A DNA stretch of 64,000 nucleotides from assembly GCA_045837725.1 (NCBI GenBank), contig JBEWZL010000084.1, positions 372,001-436,000 on the forward strand. The letters run 5' to 3'. The position numbers were made by a program, and so were the translations under genes. The notes beneath the pieces were generated by a model, which saw only the letters and a program-made list of their open reading frames with translations, did no database searches and had not been told where the DNA came from. Of this stretch, positions 26,613-41,129 are shown piece by piece; position 1 is the first letter of the stretch; each line of letters starts with the position of its first letter. Source of the stretch: Vermamoeba vermiformis. Its lineage: Eukaryota.

Positions 26613-27225
26613 TTAATGCCAGTGGTTGGCGATTCTCCACTTTTGGTTGGAGCCACCGTGGACGGGCCAGGCGATGAGCTTAGCACCTAATGAAATTGAA
26701 TCGTAAGTACTTTGTAAGACAGATTTGAAAGTCTAAATTTCCTTACCTTGTTGGTTGGAGCCGCCTTCAATGTCGATGGCGAGGTTGGAGTTCTCAAGGC
26801 GGATAGTACCGTCCTAAAAGATTCGGGGTTAGCTATATTTAGATTTTGAAATTTATAGGTTAAATCTAAAAATTAAATTGAAAATATCTTCGTACCTTGT
26901 GCAATCTCCATCTTTGGTTGGCACCACCGTGAGCGGGCCATTGGATGATCTTGGCACCTTGGTTGGGACCACCTTCAACGTCCAAAACGAGGCCAGACTT
27001 GGCGGAGACGATGAAACCTTGAGGGTTGAATCTAAACGAACGGATTAAAAACTTTTCTCGGGCCGTTGCAGGTCGGGCAAATATTAATTACCTGAAGCGT
27101 TGGTTCTCGCCACCGTGGTAAGTCCAGGTGATGAGCTTGGCACCTTGGTTGGCAGATCCGCCTTCGATGTCCAAGACGAGGTTGGGGTTGTGTTCAGAGA
27201 CGATGAAGAAGTAGTCGTTGCTCAT
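26613..27225 (-). CDS. Ricin-B (beta-trefoil) lectin, four exons, no signal peptide
   Basis: Three repeats of (L/I)D(I/V)EGG..(N/Q)QGAK(L/I)I.W..HGG.NQ(R/K)(F/W). Absent from the ORF track. Confidence 0.9.
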
Positions 27226-28224
27226 TTTGTGTTGTTGATTTGTAGGTGGTTTGATGAAATTGAACAGTGAAAAGTTTCGCTTTTTGTTCTTTCCGCCGCG
27301 TTACGCGATTGGTCAATTTTAATGTCCATCATTGTGAATTTTCCTGATTTTACTCTCGTTGCTGTTTTTAGGATAGACTCCTTCGTGAAAATATCGAGCA
27401 GGTATCCACAACTATTGTGGGCATGTAGGTCTTGTATCTTCCTATTATTCAAGTAACGGACGTCATGACGTTTACCTCCGCGTTTCACAACTCACGCATC
27501 TCGAATTCCGTCTCGCCATTTGAACCCCTCACGAGCAACTGGTGCTATTGTAGAAGCAGCATTCCCGTATCATGTAAGTAAAACGGTAAGACAAATTTCC
27601 GCAAGCTCATCGGGACCTCTCCGTCCCTTCGCAAGGCAATTCAATCGTCAACGGCCGTAGCTAATAGTTGAATCAATAACTTGCACGAATTCCTAGCGAA
27701 AATAAGCCAGATCAAAGCCTTTAAGACCCAGATAATTTGAAGCGGGTCAGCAATGTGGTACGTCCCTTTGGGAGCCATAATTACGCGTATCATTGATTCA
27801 CGATTCGCCCACGTGCCTTATTCTTTGAACGAAGGGCGTAAGAATGAATTTTCAGTTGTGATATTTTCAATTTTAATGTTTTCTTCCCCGTCTAATCTGT
27901 CAATTAATCGCGTGCCTAGTAACCACAAGAGTCAATTAATTTTGCGCGTATTTACCGTTGATTCAAGTTTCACGTTTCAAATTGAAAGATTGGAAGATTC
28001 TTTTGCAATTTACCTCACGCATGCAGCTCGGGCCAAACAAAATGGTCGGTAAGTCCAGTCCTATTTTGCAAAGTGCCAAACGCTTGCAATTTCTAATATT
28101 TACCCTCTATTAATAATCGAAAATCTTCTCTCGGAGATAAGATCCAAGATAATTTTCTATTTTTGGTATTATTGGTTCATGAGCGTTTTGCGTTAGGGAC
28201 AACAGGCATCCATAATCCGCAAAC

Positions 28225-30005
28225 ATGAGCGCAATAAGATTTACATGCGCTCTCTTACTTATAATCCCTTCTGTATACGGCGGAATGCGAATTGTTTCGG
28301 TTGCAACGGATCCTGACATTATTGGCGAGTGGAACGCAGTTCCTAACTTCTTTACTAATAATCCGAGGGAATGGAATATATCAGGGGAATTGGTGCCTCA
28401 CTGGCGAGCAGTAAATATGGATGACTTGTCTGGAAAATGGATTCTTGTACCACGACCTCAACGATGGATTTGGGACCAAATTGCTGTTCCTTTGCTAGAA
28501 AAGGGTTGTATTGGCGTTGTAGTTTCACCACATCAATATTTTCGTAAGTTTTAAGCGAGATAAATTAGATCTACCTAATTCAGAAATAATTCTGATCTGT
28601 TTGTAGGTACGGTTCCTGGTGCTGAGCAGTTCTATGACTATCGTGCTACTGAATATATGTGGACCTTGCCTCATAACTCACTATCCCTCACTGACTTTCA
28701 AAAAATTAACGCTTCGCTAGCAGATGAAACTTCTTCGGCCTTCGTTATCGTGGATTCTTATAGTAAGCAGCATAAATCGCCATCCATAATTATATAGTTT
28801 AATTTCGCTTTAATAATCGCGCTAAATAATTGCAATGGCCCCTCGGATATTGCCGAGATTGTTTCGACACGAGGGAACTTATTAATATCTCTCACTGTTC
28901 AATTAACGCATATTAATCGTTTCCTATCATTTTAGGTACCAATACATGGATAGTTGTAAGCCAATCCGGTTGGCTCATTGCTTGGCAAGTAATTCTAACG
29001 GCGATCGGTCTCGTTACTATCACACTTGGTCTTTACCTTCTTATAGTGGTCTCTATAAGTTCTAGAAAGTCAGGTCTTTCTACAGTGCAGCTATCGCTAA
29101 TTTTTATTACTTTTGGCGCTATTTGGAGAACGATCTACTGCGCGGTCAATCCGTTCATGTTAAGACGTGCTTGGTTTACCGACGTGAACGATCTATTCTT
29201 AACAGCTCATGCGCCATTCACTTTTGCACCAGTCTTCTTGATTGCTCTTTATCAGTACGTACTCGACCGTCGATCGGAAGGCATCCGATAACTTAAAACT
29301 GATTCTTTTGTTATTCATCGAATATAATAATTAATATATTATCTCGTAATATCGCATATAGCTCGTACTTACGTTTCTTAGGCATGAATTGATGAAGAAG
29401 ACGAAGATCCACAAGAATATGTTCTTGAACAAGATGAAAATTCCGTTCTTCGTCTCGATTGGCGTCTTATTTGCAGTAGAAATAGCTATTAGCGCCGTTA
29501 GATCTCAAGGCACGAATCAATACATCGCGTACATCAATATCATTCTCTACCTGGTCGTGGCTCTTGCGTTTTCAGTCTTCTTCGTGGTTTCTTCTATTAG
29601 AATTAATCTATTCATTAAGAAAGTGAGCAAATTAACGGCGAGAAAGGTCTCGTTAATGAAGGTAACGGCAGACTTACTCGATCTCCTGAAAACAGCATTA
29701 CTAACTTGCTCTGTAAGACTACGACATTGTTGGCTGTTTCGACAGTAGCCCAGGCCATATTTATCGTGTCATTGGGCTTCTTCTTGACGCCTCAGTTCTT
29801 GGATCCGCAGTACCACATCACGATCTGGTTCTTCTTAATGTTCTCGCTGTACGCGATTAATTTGATCCATATTGCTACCTACTTGGTGAACAGAGATGCT
29901 ATTGCTGGCTCTAAGAGCAGTGGTAGTAGCGGCAGCAATTTGTCGGACTTGCCAGCTACATCCGCTACCAAGCTGAGCGTTCGCATTGAAGGAGGCGAGG
30001 CATAA
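28225..30005 (+). CDS. Signal peptide + PA-like ectodomain + about 7 TM receptor-like protein
   Basis: MSAIRFTCALLLIIPSVYG, PA-like DLSGKWILV...EKGCIGVVV, seven hydrophobic segments and a Ser-rich tail. Confidence 0.6.
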
Positions 30006-30355
30006 GCTATTTTTGTAAATCTATATTATGTAATAGGATCTTGGTAATGATCCGCTGCGAGGTTAATTATGTAAATTAAAAATTTGAGCACGAAGTGTGG
30101 ATGTACCAAACTCCGTTAATTTGCGAAAGGAAGCTGCTATTTACGATTGAAAGTGTTTGTTAATTTATTACAAGTCGTGCAAACACTAATTTAACGCAAT
30201 GATCGAGAGTTGAAGAGTCAAATTACAAGAGAAATAAACACTTGAATAGTGAGCGAATAATTAGGCAAAGGGGAAGTTATTATAAAAGGGTTGTTATGGT
30301 TATGGGTAAGAGTATTATTAATATTTAAAAGGGGCATTATTTGTTATTACTGGAA

Positions 30356-31392
30356 TTATTTCTGTTGCTTTAGGAGGTTTCGTTCGTGAGCCTCTTCAGC
30401 AGCCCAAGTGGTGATTCTAGTATCTGGTCGGGCCCAGAAGCCAATAACAGCTGTTCCAGTAATCAATCCGAGCACTATAATAATATAAAAGTCAGTTATT
30501 TGGTACTAAATACACATCCGTTACAAAAGATCCGAAATTGGCTTAGCCGAGCTTTGTAGTTATAACTTAAGTAATGGCACGTGTATATTATCGATATATT
30601 ATCGTGCTAAGGTGTTTATAATCGCTAAGCTTATTAAGGAGAGGAAATAGAATTTATGGATAAAAGATCCGCTATTGGTGGCGCATGGATTGCGTATATT
30701 CAATATTACGAGTAATTTTATATATGATGAAGACTTACTAGTATAAACAGTGGTTTCCCATCCTTCTTTTCGGCCTGTACCGGGCTGGAAATTCAAAATA
30801 TTAATATCAAGTAGGTCAATCGAGTTTGTGTATTTATTACGATATAAATTTATATTGCAATAAAATAATACTATTTGAACGAAAATTGTAAATGCCGAAG
30901 ATTTTTTAGGCAAGATCATTTTTCATCTGAACTCAGGCAAACTTGCTTTTGAATTGTAAATTATAATAATGCCGAATAATTAATAAATTAATATAACATA
31001 GTAAGATTATGACAACGAATTAAGTCTAGCTGTTTGACTGGATGTTTTACTGAATCAATTATAATTTTCAAAAATCGCTAGAAAATTGTGTTTGGTCAAA
31101 GATAAATATAATATCGATAATATATACGAACCTTAATACCCCAAAGGTATTGAGCATTTTCAGGGATTTGTTCGTAAAGAGATTTAGTTGGGTTAAGATT
31201 CATGTATTTCTCGCCGAACAACCAGCCTTCTAATTCCTTTACTTCTTGTTTGTGTACTTGACTTGATACTTCGCCGTGTGCGTGGTGAGCATCTTTGCCG
31301 TGAGCGACGGCGCTGTGATCAGATCCGTATCTCCTCACGGTTTGTCTTCCCAAAACCCTTGAAGAAAGTCGTTGAACTCCTCGGCTGAACAT
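30356..31392 (-). CDS. NDUFB11: Complex I subunit NDUFB11 (ESSS)
   Basis: Mitochondrial presequence, RKEGWETTVY, one TM, RPDTRITTWAAEEAHER. Three exons. Confidence 0.8.
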
Positions 31393-31737
31393 TCGTGCTT
31401 TATATAATAATATAAAAACGTTAAAGAACGCTGTCCAGTGGTGGTATGCCTTGTTACAAGCTTCCGAGTGAAATCCGGTTCATGTTTAATTTTAACACGA
31501 ACGCGTGACAACACGTAGCAACTGATTAAGACACGTGCTACATATTCACTAAGCTCGTGGGGAGTGGTCTTTTGCAAATTATGAAGAGGTAGTGTCACTT
31601 GTAACGGTAACTTCAGATGGCAGAACCACCAGTTAAAAAACGAAAATGTTAGTTAATCGTGTGGGATTATCAACGACCAAATATTCATACTATTTTTATT
31701 GCTAGTGGAGAACAACAAATCAGAAAAAATAAGCAAA

Positions 31738-33230
31738 ATGGAGAAAGCACGAGATCCAGAGGTTGATAAAATTCGAAAGCAGTTAATACCCGTGTTAACT
31801 GACGAGGAGGAACGTACAGTTGAATTAAGTAAGACAAATAATATTATTATAAGTGCTTTAAGGATTAATTGGTTTTGACTAGTGGATGCGTACATTGTTG
31901 AACTTCTAGACATGAAACAAGCCAACAAATTATTGCAGTACGTATCAAACTAGTACTTTGCGCGATAGTTGTTAACTAAGATGCCCCAGATTCATTTCTG
32001 ATAAATTTCCCTTGCCGGATCTCCATCACTTGAAGCGTATTAAGCGTGAAAAGACTGACCAAGGTATTTGACGTATTTAGAATATTAATTAGTCGCTTTG
32101 GTCAATTATTTAAACAATTAAAAGTTTAAACTTAATGACACGATCTGCACGTGTTTCGCACGCTGACTCTACCTTTCTTTAGGAGCTGTAACTGTTGCTT
32201 TGATCCACCCTGTAGAGGGCTTCGAAGAGGAGCAAAAAACAGCATTTGACGAGCTCAAGGCTCAATTCCAAGTGGGTGATTTGAAGGTGTCGCACATTCC
32301 TCGCCACGCGCCGCTCACACCCGAACAATTTGAAGCGCAAGCCAAACTGTGGCCTACAATATCTCGCTTCGTGTCTCAGTAAGTACTTACGCCTTGCCAT
32401 ATGATCTTGTTAGGAGCAAACTGTGGCTAATGACATCCGATCTGTTGCAGTTCGACACCAATGCCCGACATATTCAGTGACGATGAGATCAAGCAAATGA
32501 CGGAGTACATGCGCATGGCTATTGAAGAGGCTAAAAAAGGTCTGCAAGAAGGCAAGGTAAGGGCGAGACACGTGCTAACAGTTCGTACGTGCAATGATCT
32601 TACCCGATGTTTTTTAGCTTCCCGTGGGCTGTGTCATTGTCAGCAGTAACAATGAGCTTATAGCACGAGGTCACGACTGTCGGCCTCTGACCAATAATGC
32701 ATCAAGTAACAACACCAATAGACCTGTGAGTGATGTGAACGCATTGAAACACGCAGCTCTCGAATGTGTTCGTCAGGTACGTGAAGCCCGTGCTAATATA
32801 TTTCTATTAGTATTTTTGGAACGTCCTGTCTGATTATATTACTTAGGTGTCTCGCGATCATGTTGCAAAGTTTCCAGTGACGTGCAGAGACGATCCGACT
32901 GGCTCGTATTTGTGCACTGATTGTACAGTCTATTTGACGCGCGAGCCGTGCCCTATGTGCGCGATGGCTTTAGTGCACAGTCGTGTTGGTAAGTCTCATA
33001 CGAAATTGCAGAAATCTACCTTCGGAAAAAAAATTCAGCTGAGATCTGATCTCGATCTGCACTTAGGTTGTGTTGTTTATGGCAGCTCCAACGAGTCTGT
33101 GGGTGGCCTAGGGTCTAAGTATAAGATCCATTGCAACAAGAGTTTCAATCATAAGTACAAAGTGTACAAAGGCTTGTTAAAAGAAGAGTGCGATAAATTG
33201 CTATCGGATGCAGGCGACTCTTTGCGCTAG
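31738..33230 (+). CDS. ADAT3: tRNA adenosine-34 deaminase non-catalytic subunit (ADAT3/Tad3)
   Basis: HLKRIK, P.T.EQFE...LWP, HAA in place of HAE, YLCT...YLTREPCPMCAMALVHSR. Confidence 0.9.
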
Positions 33231-33498
33231 ATTCGGGTATTTTTATAAGCATGTACATAACAAAAACAATAAAAGTTCGAATCAGACGGCCCGAAAACTG
33301 TTCTTGATCTGCGAGCACAAAGTCTGAAGAAAAGTCGCAGGTTGGTAGGAAAAAAAACGATTGAAATCTACTTTCGCGTGGCTTTTGTTGAGCACAATTA
33401 GTACAGAATAAATAGCTAGCGACGGTGCAAGAGTAAACAAGAGCACGTCGCCTTGAATCTGTTTCTATTGGCGAACGACGAACTCTATTAAATTCATT

Positions 33499-36167
33499 AT
33501 GGCAACGAAGAACATCGATACCGTAGAAGGTAATTATATTGACTTAGATTGCAGAAAATTCGTTCCGTTAATCGTCGGCAATTAATCGAGCCCAGGATCC
33601 CAAATCGGCAATTGTTTCCGGGTGATAAAAAAGCTCCAAATAATCATGTTACATATTTTTATACGATAACAATAGCTAACTATTTGTTTTTAAGCTGGTA
33701 CGGTTGAGATCCCGGAAAGCAAAAATGTATTTAAAAAGCTATGGGCTTATATGGGCCCAGGAATGCTCGTAGCGGTATGATAAAAATATGGCAATAATTA
33801 TCATAGTATGGTCACTAATTACACTATTCTCATTGTCCAGATCGCGTACATTGATCCCGGTAACGTACGTTCACACCTTTCGATTTTGTAATTATCCTTG
33901 CTAATTGACAATATAATTCAGTTCGATACCGACATTGGCGCGGGAGCTCAATTTCAATACAAGTTACTGTGGATCATGGTTTTGGGTATGAGGATGTCAC
34001 GCATATTGAAATTGAATCCATTTAAGCCATCTATTTATCATATTCACTATATTAATATCATAATATATGACCATTCGCTAATTTGCAATCCACCTACCGA
34101 TGAAATATCTTGCAATATTTAACTTTTTCTCGCGTAGTTACCGGCATGGGTCTATTTTTGCAATTTTTAGCCTCAAAGCTCGGAGTCGTGACAGGTAATA
34201 ACAATCAATACTAGTGAACGGTCTAGACCAAGATCTAACGAATTTTCCAGGCACAAATCTTGCTGTCGCGTGTCGTCTCTCCTACTCAAAGCCAGTCACG
34301 ATCATTCTGTGGATATTGTAAGTACTATACTTTGGCCATTGCATTTCAAGAATATATATAGGATTGCTGTCTTTCCTTATTTGGCAAAATCACTGACCAC
34401 GCGACACTTTTTTAGAACTGAAGTTGCTGTCATCGCGGCAGATATTCCCGAGGTACGATCCTAAATTATCCTATGTATGTAGTATATCTAATCCTATGAT
34501 CTAGGTGGTCGGCAGTGCCTTTGCGTTGTACATTTTGTTCGGTCTGCCGCTGTGGATCGGAGTGCTCGTGACAGGCTTGGACACGCTTTTATTCCTTCTC
34601 ATTCAAAAACTGGGTGTCAGGTACGAGTGTTTATCAAATACGGCAAGCTTAGTATTAATATATATGATCCTATCTATAGATACTTGGAATATTTCATCAC
34701 ACTGTTGATTGCAGTTATCTCCGGCTGTTTTATCGTTGAAATGTTTATGACTGCACCGTCTGCCGCAGAAGTATTGGAAGGATTTATTCCTTCAATCCCT
34801 GATGGCTCTGTTTACACGGGAATTAGTTTGATGGTATGTTGCACGAGATATTTTGTGTGACGCGTGTCAGATCAAGATTCATGAATGGTCGGGTTTGGGT
34901 GAACTCGATTCACATAGACCACGCGACCAGATATTTCGGGGCTATGATTACTAATGTGTACTATTAGGGCGCTGTCGTTATGAGTCACAACTTGTTTTTG
35001 CATTCAGCCTTGGTACACGTAAGACCTCGACTTGCAGCCATTATTTCGATGTTGTACTAACGATTTACTCAGACTCGCCGCATTAGTAATTCTGAGAAGC
35101 ACATCCGCGAGGCTATTCGATACAACTTGGCCGAATCCTCGATTGCCTTAGCCATCTCATTGTTCATCAACATCGCGATCATCATCGGTAAGCCAAATTC
35201 TAACAAAACATACGAGGAACCTATTAATTAATACTCGTCATACGTAGTCGCTGGTTCCAAGTTCTATGGTGTCTATCCCGATGCAGGTCTTGAGAACGCC
35301 AGTCAATTGTTGACCAATGTGTTCCATTCAAAGACTGCTGGTATCATCTTCGGCATTGCTTTGTTGGCTTCAGGCCAAAGCTCGACTTTGACAGGCACTT
35401 ATGCAGGTATATCTTACTATTTTATTTAAATATTGATACTAATGACGCCTCAGGTCAATTTGTAATGGAAGGATTTTTGGACTTGAAAATTGCTACTTGG
35501 AAAAGAAACATGATTACACGGTACGCGATAGTATTGATATTGTTATCGTATCTAATACGCTCTCGTAGATCTGTTGCCATTATTCCTAGTGTTATTGTGG
35601 CGTTTATTTTCGGGGAATCAGGCAGCGATGAATTAATCGTATTGTCTCAAGTCGTGTTGTCTATTCAACTGCCGTTCTGTCTTATTCCTCTCGTTAAGAT
35701 CACCAATAACGAAAAGAGAATGGGCAGGTTCAGAAATGGTCTCGCTGTAAGTACAAATTTGACTCAAGATCCGGTACCATAACTTTGGCTTTCTTAGTTG
35801 TTAATTCTATGACATCACAATATCTATTTTAATAGAGTATCGTTTATTAATGCTAATATTAATTGTTTAGATGCGAATTATTGGCATTGGCCTCGGTGTA
35901 ATGGTTGCCGCAGCCAACATCTATTTGGGCTTTTCCACGGTGCTGGATGATTTGGATCTCGATTCTACATCGGGAAGAGCATCACTAGCGGGTGTAATTA
36001 TAGCTTCAGTAGTCTATTTTGTCATGCTTGTCTACTTGGCTTTCTTACCCGTGGATGTGGTCAGCGACCCTAGCTTGGTAACCTCAATCAATGGCGATGA
36101 AGAGTCGCGTAGATTGATAAACGACCAAGGGGTAGTCAATACTAGCAGCTATGGTGCCAACATGTAA
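33499..36167 (+). CDS. NRAMP/SLC11 divalent metal transporter
   Basis: [65 protein letters not shown]. Many small exons. Confidence 0.95.
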
Positions 36168-36352
36168 TATTTAGCCTGGATCTCGATCGAACAAATCTGG
36201 ATCGCGAAAAAACCAAAAAGCGTTGTAAATATAATCTTGAATAATATACCCCCTTATTGCGGAATAAATGAATTTAAATCGATTCGTTGTTAGTTTGTCG
36301 CTATATTCTGAAATTTTGTTTTTTTGGGTCATTTTCATTAACGAAAGCGATC

Positions 36353-38938
36353 ATGGACAACAACAATAACAAAGGAAGCAAAAAGCGAAAGGCCTCGATC
36401 ACCGAGGAACGTAATCCTAAGGATAGAACTAAGGAGAAGACTCCTGAAGACTTACAGTTTGAAGATCACTTCGAAGATGAGTTTGATGAAGACGATCTTG
36501 AAGAAAAGTTTGAAGAGATGGAGCTTAGTGACGAAGATGATTACGAGGTTATAGAAGGCGAGGACGGCGAGCAGATATTTTTCAAGAAGGAAAAGGAAGC
36601 AGACTATGACGAGGATTCGGACGAAGAAATGGATGATCAGAACGTTAAGGTAATGAAAACGTTAAATTAAATCTTTAAAAATCATATATAATTATACGAT
36701 CGTGTGTATAGCAAGATAGGGCTATTTAATGAAATTTTATGTTAATTAATGTTGCGATCTGGATGCGATCAAATCCAGACCGACGTTATTTGCGATCAGT
36801 GTCTCATAATTATATCATATAGGTATTTAGACCTGGCGTTGATCAATTAGCTCCTGGAGAAGTCTTGGAATTCGACGCATCTGCCTACGACATGCTTCAT
36901 TTTATGCGTGTCGAATGGCCTTGCTTGTCATTCGATGTTATTACTGATAAATTGGGTTTCCAACGTGAGCGAGTAAGTATACATAATTATTAGTATTTAA
37001 AATGCAATTCAACCCAATTTTTAATGAATTATTTTCTTGCGATCTGGATCCAAAAAAAATTTGAATATAATTCCAGAATAAAATTCTAATAATTTTTTTA
37101 TATAGTTCCCGCATACTTTATACACAGTCGCAGGCACACAAGCCGAAAAACGTCAAGACAACAAATTAATGGTGTTTAAAATGAGTTCTTTGGCTAAAAC
37201 TTTGAACGACGATAAAGAATCAGACAGTGAAGGTAATAATAACTATATATATGTACTATATAATATATTAACACTATTGTTTAGATGAAGACGATGATGT
37301 CGATGAAGATCCGGTTTTGGAATACAAACACATTCCTTTGAACAGCTGCACTAACAGAATTAGAGTACGTAAAATAATGAAATAATATTATTTCCTAATT
37401 TGGTAATAATAATAATGGTATTTTAACAGTCAATGTCGCAATTGCCCCACATTGTTGCTTTAATGACCGACAACGGGCACGCTGTAATTTACGATGTTTC
37501 GAAACAATTGAAGTACGTATATTAAGAGGCATATATATATAATGCATTATTAATAAGCGCACACAATATTATTGGGATCTGTGAAAAAATTGCGGATCGC
37601 GATCCAAAATATTGATAGAAAATATGTTTGTATAAAAGGAACAAGAATTATATATCGATGTTCGTATACTAATGGTGCTATTAATAGAGCTCTTGATGTT
37701 CCCGGAGAAATTATTAAAGGCGAGACATTGCCGTCATTTATTTTCAAGGGCCACAAAGACGAAGGTTTTGCACTTGATTGGAGCATGAAGGCACAGGGCA
37801 GGTACGTGATCGAGACTATACTATGCATCATATTAATATATTACTACTATCAAATAATTTAGAAAATTTTGTTTTATTTTTTGTGTTTTTTTTTGACCGG
37901 ATGTGTTTCGTTAGATTGTTGACGGGTGATCGTGATGCCAAGATCTATTTATGGAACCCCGATGGTGCTAGCTGGCAAGTAGATTCAACGCCATTCACTG
38001 GTCACTTGGACAGCGTTGAAGATTTGCAGTGGAGTCCTGTTGAAGCTGATGTAAGTATTGCCAAAATTTATCGACTTACCAAATAAGGAAATTCTGATGA
38101 TACCATTACGACTATTCCCGAAGAGGAAAATACATCGAAAGTGATATTATACGTATAATAGTAGCGATTTTGAGGGTCCGATTTTTTCACGGATGCTGTG
38201 AAATAGTCAATAACTTATTTTCCTTATTTGTCTATTGATACTAATCTACTCGTTCATGAATGAAGGTATTCGCATCGTCTTCAGTCGACAAAACAGTGCG
38301 CGTGTGGGACGCACGTAACAAGAACGGTGCAGTGTTGACCAAAGACAATGCACACGACTCGGATGTCAACGTCATTTCTTGGAACGAGTACGGCGGAATA
38401 ATTATCTAATTGCCTGGGACATATTGCTAATATTACCATTTTAGGAAAGTCACATTTTTGTTGTTGAGCGGTAGTGACGATGGATCTTTCAAAGTTTGGG
38501 ACTTGAGAAAGCTGTAAGTGCATAATATTCGACATTACTATATTTGGTATTAATACTAACTTTGCCTAATTTAGCAATGAGCCCACTCGCCACTACAACT
38601 GGCACAAAAAGCCAATTACAAGTTTGCAATGGAATCCTAACGACGACAGTGGCCTGGCTGTGGCATCAGAAGACGACACGGTAAGTCCTTTCAGTGAACC
38701 ATTCGTTCATGAACGAGACTAACATGTGGCGTAGGTCTCAATTTGGGATATCTCCGTTGAATCTGAAGCGAAAAATAAGACCGACGAGCAGATCCCCGAA
38801 GCCTTGTTGTTCGTGCACCAAGGCCAGACGCACATTAAAGAGGTGCGATGGCACAGACAGATCCCTGGTGTCTTGTTGAGCACGGCGTATGACGGCGTTA
38901 ATATCTTCAAGCCGAACATTATTGAAGAACAACAGTAA
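36353..38938 (+). CDS. GRWD1: Glutamate-rich WD40 protein GRWD1/Rrb1
   Basis: Acidic N-terminus, AYDMLH..EWPCLSFD, AGTQA, GHKDEGFALDWS, SVEDLQWSP, LLFVHQGQ. Confidence 0.92.
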
Positions 38939-39062
38939 AATAACAAAAAATACCAGTGAAACAATATTTGCGATTAATAATAAAACACCGTTTTTTGTAG
39001 AGGTAAAACTTAACCCTTCTTAAATACGAATAATACATTATATTTACTATACATGATCGTTA

Positions 39063-40952
39063 TTATTTGACAGGTTTGATGATTTGACCGAGATCCCATT
39101 CAATCAAATGTTGTTTGCTCGAATAGACCATTTTTTGCACGCCCCACAGTCCCAGGCCAGGCACAGAGGCGTGTTGTTGCGGCAGTGGCACTTTGTCTAC
39201 AATAGACGAGGAGTAGCGGCAGTCAAACAAAGTCAACGCGTTGGAACTTTGCGCGAACAACTTGCTGTCGTCCATCGCCACGCTGTGAATGACTAGAGTT
39301 TGGGAAGGACCTTCTTTGCGAGGCACGACGAACTTGTTTTTCGTTCTGGTGTCGTAAAATGTCACCGTGCTGTCCAGGCCCATGAGCACATCAGGCATGG
39401 CGTCCATCCATTCCACGCGCTGATGTGTACTGGCGAGTGCTAACGTGTCAATCACTGACGCGGCCTCGGTGTCAAAAATTTTGACGTGTCTGTTCAGTGC
39501 GGAATTACCCGCTAAAATTGCAGTTTTTCCGTCGCGTTGCGTCGACATTGATAGGACTCGATAATTAGGGTCGCATACTCGGACTGTTTTCGTCACGTTA
39601 ATGCCGTCATAGTACATGATGGATCCGTCCAATTCTTCGGCGGCCAAGAACTTCACTCCATTTGTACCAGGCAGTCCAGATATAACCTCAATGGCACTGT
39701 CAATCCGATGAATTTTCGACTCGCGCTTGTTTATATCAGACAATACTAAGGTCCCATTCGAAGTGCAGGTGATGACGTGATCTGCAGTACTCGTGGAGGT
39801 GGATCTAACACCCGACCAATTGCCACAGTCAATATCAACATGCAGACGTTTAATTCGATGCATTTTCCCGCTTTTGATGCGGAAAAACTCGATCGATCGT
39901 TTTATCTGGTCGTTGGTTCGTTGGTGCAAATGCAGTGTGAAAATTGTTTGGGCGCAACATTGAGAACTCGGAAAGAATTCAACAGCCTCGCCTTTGTGGT
40001 TTTTAATTTCTTCGAATTTCGTTGCTCTATTTAGCCAATTAACGTGCACGTTGTGATTGTTCTGGTAATATCTGTAATAATATTGGTCGTTCGAGATCTG
40101 TCCCTTAAATAATTTTTTGAGGTCATCAGGATCAATCGGCGTCCATCTATTAGCACATTGTTCTTGCCAATAAACATTATTCACTAACAAATCTCTGTAA
40201 AATTTGCTGACTTCACGAAATTTCGTAACGGATGTGGGTTTGAGCCAACTAAAAATCTGCACTAATAGCTCTGAAGGCAATTCTTCCAAGTGATTGATAT
40301 TATCTATCGATGGGTGGTCATCTTGATAATTATAATAGTCTTCGTCGTCTTTGAATGACGGTGGTTGGATGTACTTTTGAAGTTCCGGCTTTTCTTTCAA
40401 AACAAACTGCATTAGTCTAATAATATCGTTATCATATGGATTCATCTTTTGTGCGGCAGCCAAATATCTAATAGCATTCTCTCCTTGTTCCAGTAACAGA
40501 AATAAGTAAGCTAATCCGAGGTAACCTTGGATGCAGGGATCTTGTCTTAGCACGTCGAAGAATACGGCTGATGCCTTCTTAAGCGCCTCTTTGTTTTCGA
40601 ATTCACTTTGTTCTGCTTCTGCTATGTATTTGAACGCTTGTTCGCAACGGAATTGGCTGTGGATGTACTTCTTAAGCAGGGGAAGACTGCGCCATTTAAG
40701 ATCTTGATTAAATAATTAATATTTTTAATTTAAACGGAGAAATAAACGAAAAGAACGCTGCCGTCAGTGTTGAGCTCTTTTAAAAATTTTTAAATTACTG
40801 TAAATTGTCCGAATATTTATGCAACGTTTGCCTAAATTATCATTCATCAAGTTCATTAATTTTTGAGCAATATTTAACGACGAATACAAAACGGATCCGT
40901 AATGTAACTTACATTCCGCCATCTCAGCAGTGCACACACCAATCTTGGACAT
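39063..40952 (-). CDS. TPR-like + F-box + WD40-like protein
   Basis: TPR-like GYLGLAYLFLLL...AIRYL, F-box LEELPSELLVQIFSWL, beta-propeller-like C-terminus. The 5' exon is uncertain. Confidence 0.7.
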
Positions 40953-41129
40953 TATTGTAGCTGCTAATAGACGAAGTTATTACTTCATGCAGTTGTGGTC
41001 GTTCGCGACAGTAACAAAATAAATAGCGGAGGTCGCACCGAGATTTTTGTGTTAAGATCCAAAAATCAATTTACAATTAACGGTCTGAAAATTTACAATG
41101 CTAAGCATAGCTAATGGCTAGTTAGTTAT

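Noticed and set aside
27230-28220. About 1 kb gap with short ORFs
   Set aside because: No convincing coding or RNA-gene signal; probably a divergent promoter region.
32745-32765. Deaminase lacking the catalytic Glu (HAA)
   Set aside because: Expected for ADAT3/Tad3, the non-catalytic subunit.
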